A stretch of 15,218 nt of DNA from a candidate division WOR-3 bacterium (GTDB lineage: Bacteria; Hydrothermota; Hydrothermia; LBFQ01): contig JALUCS010000049.1 in NCBI GenBank assembly GCA_027050205.1, forward strand, positions 1-15,218. Direction: 5' to 3'. The notes beneath the pieces were generated by a model. The model did no database searches. It was not told the origin of the DNA and saw only the letters and a program-made list of their open reading frames with translations. A program made the position numbers and the translations under genes. Shown piece by piece: positions 8,942 through 15,218 of the stretch. The stretch's first letter is position 1, and each line of letters opens with the position of its first letter.

Positions 8942-10810
8942 ATGCTGAGTATAATACTTACATTAGATCTATGTGGTGTTGTGGAAGAGGGGGATTATAA
9001 AACTTTGGTTAGTGCTGTAGAAAAGGGAGAGGAGGACTTTAGGGTAAAGTGTAAGAATGATAGATCATTACTTGATATAGCTATTGAAAATGCTGAGATT
9101 CACAATAACAATAATAATGGTTATATAAATATAATAAGGTATCTTGTGGAAAAATTCATAGGAAGTGGTGGGGTTTGGTATTATACGTCTTCGGGGAGGA
9201 CACTTTTGCATTTTGCAGCTTATGCAGGTGATTCAAGTCAGGTTAAACATATTATAAAAAAGTTTAAGGTAAATGTTCTTCCTACCGATTATATCCACGA
9301 CAACGATATTGATTACATACAGTACATCAGGTATATTCGTGAGATTGAAAGAAGAGAGGTTAACGCAAAGGATAAGAGTGGCAAAACTCCACTGCATATA
9401 GCCGCAGAAAAAGGACATATAAGTATTGTGAGATACCTAATAAACCATGGGGCCGACGTTAATGTAAAAGACAAGGATGATAGAACTCCATTGCATATGG
9501 CTGTAGAAAATGGCCATATGGATGTTGTTAGGATTTTGGTAAAACACAGGACAAATATTAACGCAAAGGATAAGAGTGGCAAAACCCCACTGCATATAGC
9601 CGCAGAAAAAGGACATATAAGTATTGTGAGATACCTAATAAACCATGGGGCCGACGTTAATGCAAAAGATTCAGAAATTTTAACTATAGCTGCAAGATGG
9701 GGTTATCTAGACATTGTAAGGTATTTAGTTAAACACGGTGTTAATATTAATACAGGTGATCCATTGCTTGAAGCGGTGAGATGGGGTCATATGGATGTTG
9801 TGAGTTATTTGGTTGAACATGGAGCTGATGTTAATATCAGTACGGAGGATGGATGGACTCCATTGCACGAAGCCGCAAAATGGGGACGCGTCAATATAGT
9901 TAGGTATTTAATAAACCATGGTGCTGACATCAATACGAAGGGATGGACTCCATTGCATGAGGCAGCGGAATGGGGACATACAGATGTTATGAAATACTTA
10001 ATAGAATACGGTGCTGATGTTAATGCAAAGGATTCTGAAGGTAGAACTCCCTTATATATAGCTGCTTTAAGGGGGTATTTGAATGTTGTAAGGTTTTTGG
10101 TTGAACATGGTGCTAATGTTAATCCGGGGGATCGTGATCCATTATATGTGGCTGTAAAGCATAATTATGTAGGTATTGTGAAGTATCTTGTTGAGCATCG
10201 GGCGAATATCCATAATAAAGATTATATGTATGAAGCAGTAAAACGAGGTTATATAGATATTGTAAAATACTTAGCTAATCAAGGGCTTAAGATTACGGAC
10301 AAACATATGTATATTGCTGCAAGAAATGGACATATAAATATTGTCAAGTATTTTATAGAGAAACAAGGTGATGTTATTAATTCTGCCTTACTTGGGTCAG
10401 CAGAAGGAGGGCATACAGACATAGTGAAGTTCTTAGTTGAAAAAAGGGCGGATGTTAATGCGAGGGATAAAGATGGTCGGACATCTCTGCACTTAGCGGC
10501 CTCCAAAGGCCACCTTGAAGTGGTGAAGTATCTCGTTGAGAAGGGTGCAGATGTTAATGCGAAGGATAAAGATGGTAATACGCCTTTGCACTTAGCAGTA
10601 GAAAGGGGACATGCGGACATAGTGAAGTTCTTAGTTGAGCACAAAGCCGATATCAATGCTAGAAATAATAACGGTATTACCCCCTTATGTTTGGCTGAGG
10701 TTCACATAGGTGGATATATAGTTGAGTATTTAATAAAAAATGGAGCTAAAAAGGATAAAAAGCGCTGTGAGAAATATTATAAGGAAAAATTTGGAGGTTG
10801 GGATTTTTAA
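8942..10810 (+). CDS. Ankyrin repeat protein (about 15 clear + 2-3 degenerate repeats)
   Basis: 622 aa of repeated (G)xTPLHxAAxxGHxxIVxYLxxxGADVNAKD units. It is much more AT-rich than the neighbouring synthetase gene. Confidence 0.96.
   Translation: MLSIILTLDLCGVVEEGDYKTLVSAVEKGEEDFRVKCKNDRSLLDIAIENAEIHNNNNNGYINIIRYLVEKFIGSGGVWYYTSSGRTLLHFAAYAGDSSQVKHIIKKFKVNVLPTDYIHDNDIDYIQYIRYIREIERREVNAKDKSGKTPLHIAAEKGHISIVRYLINHGADVNVKDKDDRTPLHMAVENGHMDVVRILVKHRTNINAKDKSGKTPLHIAAEKGHISIVRYLINHGADVNAKDSEILTIAARWGYLDIVRYLVKHGVNINTGDPLLEAVRWGHMDVVSYLVEHGADVNISTEDGWTPLHEAAKWGRVNIVRYLINHGADINTKGWTPLHEAAEWGHTDVMKYLIEYGADVNAKDSEGRTPLYIAALRGYLNVVRFLVEHGANVNPGDRDPLYVAVKHNYVGIVKYLVEHRANIHNKDYMYEAVKRGYIDIVKYLANQGLKITDKHMYIAARNGHINIVKYFIEKQGDVINSALLGSAEGGHTDIVKFLVEKRADVNARDKDGRTSLHLAASKGHLEVVKYLVEKGADVNAKDKDGNTPLHLAVERGHADIVKFLVEHKADINARNNNGITPLCLAEVHIGGYIVEYLIKNGAKKDKKRCEKYYKEKFGGWDF
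9360..9662 (+). repeat. Intragenic direct repeat: 105 bp at 9360-9464 and 9558-9662
   Basis: TTAACGCAAAGGATAAGAGTGGCAAAAC...GGGGCCGACGTTAATG occurs twice with one mismatch (ACT/ACC). The offset is 198 bp, equal to two ankyrin repeats. Confidence 0.92.
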
Positions 10811-10824
10811 TGTGGAGGTTGAAT

Positions 10825-11391
10825 ATGGCTGTTGCGGTTAAGGATATGCCTAAGGATAAAGTCTGGACATACGAAGACTACCTTCGCCTTACGGACGACA
10901 AACGCTATGAAGTCATAAACGGGAGGTTGATAGAGATGCCTGCGCCTACGACCTGGCATCAGGACGTTTCAAGGAATCTTGAGTTTTTGATGTGGAACTT
11001 CGTCCGAGAGAAGGGGTTGGGCAAGGTCTATGACGCCCCCATAGACGTAGTTTTGGGGGATAGGTACGTTCTCCAGCCGGACATAATCTTCATATCCAAG
11101 GAGAGACTCGGAATAATCGGCGAAAAGGCCATAATGGGACCTCCAGATCTCGTCGTTGAGATAATTTCACCCGCTACTGTGCGTAGAGACACGGTCATTA
11201 AGAAGGACATCTATGAGAGGTTCGGAGTCAAGGAGTACTGGATAGTCTATCCGGAGGAGAGGGTCGTTGAGGTGTGGGTTCTGAACGATGAGGGGAAGTA
11301 CGACCTCTTCAACGTAGCCGAGGGGGAGGGTAAGGTTAAGAGTAAAGTGTTGGAAGGGTTTGAGGTTGACCTTAAGGAAGTCTTCAAATGA
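10825..11391 (+). CDS. Uma2 family putative endonuclease, copy 1 (type A)
   Basis: 188 aa from ATG 10825, with GGAGG SD at 10814-10818 (preferred over the track's 10798 start). Motifs YEVINGRLIEMPAP..HQ, QPDIIFI, PDLVVEIISP, K..IYERFGVKEYWIVYP. Confidence 0.92.
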   Translation: MAVAVKDMPKDKVWTYEDYLRLTDDKRYEVINGRLIEMPAPTTWHQDVSRNLEFLMWNFVREKGLGKVYDAPIDVVLGDRYVLQPDIIFISKERLGIIGEKAIMGPPDLVVEIISPATVRRDTVIKKDIYERFGVKEYWIVYPEERVVEVWVLNDEGKYDLFNVAEGEGKVKSKVLEGFEVDLKEVFK

Positions 11392-11409
11392 GGATGAAGG
11401 AGGTTAAAA

Positions 11410-11964
11410 ATGGCCGTTGCAGTTAAGGAGAGGCCAAAGAGAAAAGTTTGGACCTACGAGGATTACCTTCGCCTCACAGACGACAAGCGTTATGAAATAA
11501 TAAACGGGAGGTTGATAGAGATGCCTGCACCCACAGTTTTACATCAAAGGGTCCTGGGTGATCTGTACTACATCTTCAGGGTTAGATTAAAGGGAAAGGG
11601 TGATGTCCTCATATCACCTGTTGATGTTATCCTATCAGATACGGCGGTTGTTCAACCGGATCTCATCTTCATTTCCCGAGAAAGACTTGGAATAGTCAGG
11701 GAGCGTATCTTCGGCCCGCCTGATCTGGTCGTTGAGATAGTTTCACCGAGTAGCTATGGGAGGGACAGATACGAGAAGTTCGTCCTTTACGAGAGGTACG
11801 GGGTAAAGGAGTACTGGATAGTTTTACCTCGTGAAAGGGTTATTGAAGTCTGGTGTCTGAAGGACGGCAAGTACGTTCTGCACGGCGTAGCCGTTGAGGA
11901 AGAGGAGATTGAGTCCTGCGTCCTCAAGGGCTTCAAACTAAAACTTGAGGAGGTATTGAAATGA
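11410..11964 (+). CDS. Uma2 family putative endonuclease, copy 2 (type B)
   Basis: 184 aa. AAGGAGG SD at 11397-11403; motifs HQ, QPDLIFI, PDLVVEIVSP, YGVKEYWIV. Confidence 0.92.
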   Translation: MAVAVKERPKRKVWTYEDYLRLTDDKRYEIINGRLIEMPAPTVLHQRVLGDLYYIFRVRLKGKGDVLISPVDVILSDTAVVQPDLIFISRERLGIVRERIFGPPDLVVEIVSPSSYGRDRYEKFVLYERYGVKEYWIVLPRERVIEVWCLKDGKYVLHGVAVEEEEIESCVLKGFKLKLEEVLK

Positions 11965-12527
11965 AGGAAGCGGTAGTTGATAGGCCAAAGGAGAGAATCT
12001 GGACCTACGGGGATTATTTGAGCGGCCGGATTCCAGCGGAAGTTTCAGAGATTGTAAAAGGTAAGGAGGTTAGAAAGATGCCTACGGGTTTTTCTCACGG
12101 TGCGATAGAGCTACTGATAGCAAACCTACTCCTGAAGTTGAAGGATAGATACAGGATATCCGTTGGGGAAGTGGCTTTACTCCTCTCCCGCTTTCCTTTA
12201 ACCCTTAGAGGTGCGGACGTGGTCGTAATATCTAAGGACAGGTTAAAGGGCATCCTAAAGGGGGCATTAGAGGTACCGCCAGACCTGATAGTTGAGATAG
12301 TCTCACCCTCCGACAGCCTACCCTACATACTTGAGAAGATGGAGGACTACAGGAGGTGGGGGGTGAAGAGGCAGGTTTGGGTTTTCCCGGAGGACAGGGA
12401 GGTGGTTGTGGTTGACGATGGAGGGGTCAGGGCCTTCGGTGAAGGGGATGAGGTGGACCTTCTGGAAGGCGTGAAGTTCAGGCTCAAGGACCTGCTGAAG
12501 GAGGTTGAGGATGAAGGAAATGGTTAA
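11961..12527 (+). CDS. Uma2 family putative endonuclease, copy 3 (divergent type C)
   Basis: 188 aa. ATGA overlap with copy 2 and GAGGAGG SD; motifs EIVKG..MPT..H, RGADVVVI, PDLIVEIVSPSD, KMEDYRRWGVKRQVWVFP. Confidence 0.88.
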   Translation: MKEAVVDRPKERIWTYGDYLSGRIPAEVSEIVKGKEVRKMPTGFSHGAIELLIANLLLKLKDRYRISVGEVALLLSRFPLTLRGADVVVISKDRLKGILKGALEVPPDLIVEIVSPSDSLPYILEKMEDYRRWGVKRQVWVFPEDREVVVVDDGGVRAFGEGDEVDLLEGVKFRLKDLLKEVEDEGNG

Positions 12528-13077
12528 GGATGGGCCGGAGGAGAAGGTCTGGACCTACGAGGACTACCTTCGCCTTACGGACGAGAAGCGCTACGAGGTC
12601 ATAGACGGGAAGTTAATGGGATTGACCACACCCACCCCTTTGCACCAAGGCATTTTAGGGAATATCGTATTCTTAGTATGGGATTTTGTCCGGAAGAGAG
12701 AAGCAGGGAAGATCCTGCATGCTCCCTTAGACGTGGTTTTTAGTGAGAGGTACGTTCTTCAGCCGGACATAGTCTTCATCTCCAAGGATAGACTTGGGAT
12801 AATTGGCGAGAAGGCCATAATGGGACCCCCGGATCTGGTCGTTGAGATAATCTCGCCTGCTACTGTGCGTAGAGACACGGTCATTAAGAAGGACATCTAT
12901 GAGAGGTTCGGAGTCAAGGAGTACTGGATAGTCTATCCGGATGAGAGGGCCGTTGAGGTTTGGGTTTTGAACGACGAGGGTAAGTACGATCTCTTCAACG
13001 TAGCCGAGGGCGAGGGGAAGGTTAGAAGTAAAGTGTTGGAGGGGTTTGAGGTTGACCTTAGGGAGGTTTTCAAATGA
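12511..13077 (+). CDS. Uma2 family putative endonuclease, copy 4 (type A')
   Basis: 188 aa from ATG 12511, with AAGGAGGT SD at 12498-12505; same length as copy 1. The C-terminal two-thirds are nearly identical to copy 1. Confidence 0.92.
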   Translation: MKEMVKDGPEEKVWTYEDYLRLTDEKRYEVIDGKLMGLTTPTPLHQGILGNIVFLVWDFVRKREAGKILHAPLDVVFSERYVLQPDIVFISKDRLGIIGEKAIMGPPDLVVEIISPATVRRDTVIKKDIYERFGVKEYWIVYPDERAVEVWVLNDEGKYDLFNVAEGEGKVRSKVLEGFEVDLREVFK

Positions 13078-13095
13078 GGACGAAGGAGGTTAAAG

Positions 13096-13650
13096 ATGGC
13101 CGTTGCGGTTAAGGAGAGGCCAAAGAGAAAAGTTTGGACCTACGAGGATTACCTTCGCCTCACAGACGACAAGCGTTATGAAATAATAAACGGGAGGTTG
13201 ATAGAGATGCCTGCACCCACAGTTTTACATCAAAGGGTCCTGGGTGATCTGTACTACATCTTCAGGGTTAGATTAAAGGGAAAGGGTGATGTCCTCATAT
13301 CACCTGTTGATGTTATCCTATCAGATACGGCGGTTGTTCAACCGGATCTCATCTTCATTTCCCGAGAAAGACTTGGGATAGTCAGGGAGCGTATCTTCGG
13401 CCCGCCTGATCTGGTCGTTGAGATAGTTTCACCGAGTAGCTACGGGAGGGACAGATACGAGAAGTTCGTTCTTTACGAGAGGTACGGGGTAAAGGAGTAC
13501 TGGATAGTTTTGCCACGCGAGAAGGTGATAGAGATATGGTGTCTGAAAGATGGTAGGTACGTCCTGCACAGCGTCGCTGCTGGCAGCGGGGAAGTTGAGT
13601 CCTGCGTACTTAAGGGCTTCAAGGTGAAGGTTGAAGAGGTTTTGAGGTAA
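13096..13650 (+). CDS. Uma2 family putative endonuclease, copy 5 (type B')
   Basis: 184 aa with AAGGAGG SD. Protein is identical to copy 2 up to YWIVLPRE, then diverges. Confidence 0.92.
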   Translation: MAVAVKERPKRKVWTYEDYLRLTDDKRYEIINGRLIEMPAPTVLHQRVLGDLYYIFRVRLKGKGDVLISPVDVILSDTAVVQPDLIFISRERLGIVRERIFGPPDLVVEIVSPSSYGRDRYEKFVLYERYGVKEYWIVLPREKVIEIWCLKDGRYVLHSVAAGSGEVESCVLKGFKVKVEEVLR

Positions 13651-13744
13651 AAGTAGAGAAGCCGGCATCAAAACACAAACCTTAATATCACCAACTATAA
13701 CCCCTTGGATCCCCCTACCCGCTAAAACCTACTGCGAGGAGCCT

Positions 13745-15218
13745 CTACTTCAGCATCGGTATCTTTATCCCCATCCTCTTAGCGAACTCTATGGCCTTCT
13801 CGTATCCGGCGTCGGCGTGTCTGGCCACCCCTATGCCGGGGTCGTTGGTGAGGACGAGCTTGAGCCTTACGTCCATCTCTTCAGAGCCGTCGGCCACTAT
13901 CACCTGCCCGGCGTGCAGGGCGTAGCCTATCCCTACACCTCCGCCGTGGTGGAAGGATACCCACGAGGCCCCGCTTACAGCGTTCAGGGCGAAGTTGAGG
14001 AGCGGCCAGTCGGCTATGGCGTCCGAGCCGTCCTTCATGGCCTCCGTCTCCCTGTTGGGTGAGGCGACCGAGCCGGCGTCAAGGTGGTCCCTCCCTATCA
14101 CGATGGGGGCCTTAACCTTTCCCTCCCTTACGAGGCGGTTGAAGAGGAGGCCGGCCTTGTCCCTCTCACCGTACCCAAGCCAGCATATGCGGGCGGGTAG
14201 TCCCTGGAACTGAACCCTCTCTCTGGCCTTGTCTAACCACCTGTGGAGGTAGTCCTTGTCGGGGAAGAGCTTCTTCAGCTCCTCGTCTATGAGGTAGATG
14301 TCATCGGGATCTCCGGAGAGGGCCACCCAGCGGAAGGGACCCTGCCCGACGCTGAAGAGGTCCCGGATGTATGCCGGTACGAAGCCGGGGTACTTCCACG
14401 TGCCGTCTGGGTTCTTGACCTCCTCCTCTTTGAGGTCGCTTATTCCCTTCTGGCCACCCTCAAGGGCGTTCCCGCGGAGGTTGTTCCCGTAATCAAAGGT
14501 CTCCGCCCCCATCTCCTGAAGTTTGATCATCAGGCGCACGTGCTTAGCCATAGTGCGGTAGGACCGGCGAAGGTACTCGTCGGGGTCCTTCTTTCGGAGT
14601 TCTACGGCCTCCTCGTAGGTCAGGCCCTCCGGTACGTAGCCGTTGAGGGGGTCGTGGGCACTGGTCTGGTCGGTCAGGAGGTCCGGCACTATCCCCCTCT
14701 CCACCAACCTCTCAAGGAGGGTGACGACGTTCCCGATCCAGACGATGGACCTTGCTATGCCCTTTTCCTTGTACTCAAGGGCGCGGTTTATGGCCGTGTC
14801 CAAGTCGTGTTCTATCTCGTCAAGGTAGCGGGTCCGGATCCTCTTCTTCGCCCTCTCTTCGTTCACCTCGGCGGCGAGGTAGGTAGCGTTGTTCATGGTG
14901 GCGGCGAGGGGCTGGGCGCCGCTCATACCACCGCACCCACCGGAAACTATGAGCTTCCCGCGTAGGTTGTCCGTCCCGAACCGCTTCCGGCCGGCGGCGG
15001 CGAAGGTCTCGTAGGTTCCCTGAAGTATCCCCTGTGTGCCGATGTATATCCACGAGCCGGCCGTCATCTGCCCGTACATTATGAGGCCTAACCTCTCAAG
15101 GTGGTGGAAGTACTCCCACGTGGCCCACTTGGGGACGAGGTTGGAGTTGGCTATTATCACGCGGGGCGCCCAGCGGTGGGTCTTGAAGACCCCCACGGGT
15201 TTGCCGCTCTGCACTAAG
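13745..15218 (-). CDS. hutU: Urocanate hydratase (5' end lies beyond the window)
   Basis: [129 protein letters not shown]. The frame stays open to the window end, so the track's 15214 GTG is internal. Confidence 0.98.
   Translation of the reverse strand, partial: LVQSGKPVGVFKTHRWAPRVIIANSNLVPKWATWEYFHHLERLGLIMYGQMTAGSWIYIGTQGILQGTYETFAAAGRKRFGTDNLRGKLIVSGGCGGMSGAQPLAATMNNATYLAAEVNEERAKKRIRTRYLDEIEHDLDTAINRALEYKEKGIARSIVWIGNVVTLLERLVERGIVPDLLTDQTSAHDPLNGYVPEGLTYEEAVELRKKDPDEYLRRSYRTMAKHVRLMIKLQEMGAETFDYGNNLRGNALEGGQKGISDLKEEEVKNPDGTWKYPGFVPAYIRDLFSVGQGPFRWVALSGDPDDIYLIDEELKKLFPDKDYLHRWLDKARERVQFQGLPARICWLGYGERDKAGLLFNRLVREGKVKAPIVIGRDHLDAGSVASPNRETEAMKDGSDAIADWPLLNFALNAVSGASWVSFHHGGGVGIGYALHAGQVIVADGSEEMDVRLKLVLTNDPGIGVARHADAGYEKAIEFAKRMGIKIPMLK

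Larger units (their letters stand above)
11422..13511 (+). repeat. Near-perfect 404-bp direct repeat (11422-11825 and 13108-13511), part of a larger 1686-bp-offset duplication
   Basis: Manual alignment shows three synonymous mismatches (11691, 11757, 11784). There is also an 83-bp identical block at 11173-11255 / 12859-12941 at the same offset. Confidence 0.93.

Noticed and set aside
8942..8974. Lipoprotein signal in the ankyrin protein (Cys11)
   Set aside because: LDLC is not a lipobox and there is no basic n-region. Cys11 is better explained as part of a 26-spaced Cys pair.
9104..9118. Asn5 (AAT/AAC) microsatellite in the ankyrin gene as a phase-variation tract
   Set aside because: Short, interrupted and a triplet, so slippage would not shift the frame.
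11422..13511. DGR template/variable repeat pair or invertible shufflon
   Set aside because: Differences are not adenine-specific, repeats are direct rather than inverted, both copies are coding, and no reverse transcriptase or recombinase is in the window.
13651..13744. Bidirectional terminator between the convergent Uma2 array and hutU
   Set aside because: No convincing stem-loop found by eye.
14243..14965. 240-aa plus-strand ORF antisense to hutU, and the other short nested ORFs in the track
   Set aside because: Contained within well-supported genes, with no independent start signals or motifs.

Overview
Bacterial chromosomal window, probably from a thermophilic diderm. This is inferred from the outer-membrane barrel gene, AGG/ATA-rich codons and Glu/Lys-rich proteins. 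GC-rich housekeeping/catabolic genes: truncated AmmeMemoRadiSam radical SAM gene, gdhA, an acyl-CoA synthetase and truncated hutU. These flank two accessory-looking blocks. Block 1 is an ABC exporter plus TonB-dependent-receptor-like barrel operon between AT-rich non-coding stretches, one about 1 kb long. Block 2 is an AT-rich ankyrin gene with about 17 repeats, followed by five tandem Uma2-family (PD-(D/E)xK-fold) genes arranged A-B-C-A'-B' with an exact 1686-bp period. The Uma2 paralogues are DNA mosaics: identical tracts abut sharply diverged segments, suggesting ongoing gene conversion or segment shuffling. This is the best candidate for an undescribed system. Also notable: four genes have a -10 box 7-9 nt before the ATG and no SD (likely leaderless), two predicted envelope proteins have only about 7-residue hydrophobic N-termini, and the ankyrin has symmetric Cys pairs in its caps. 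No rRNA, tRNA, CRISPR or transposase was recognised.
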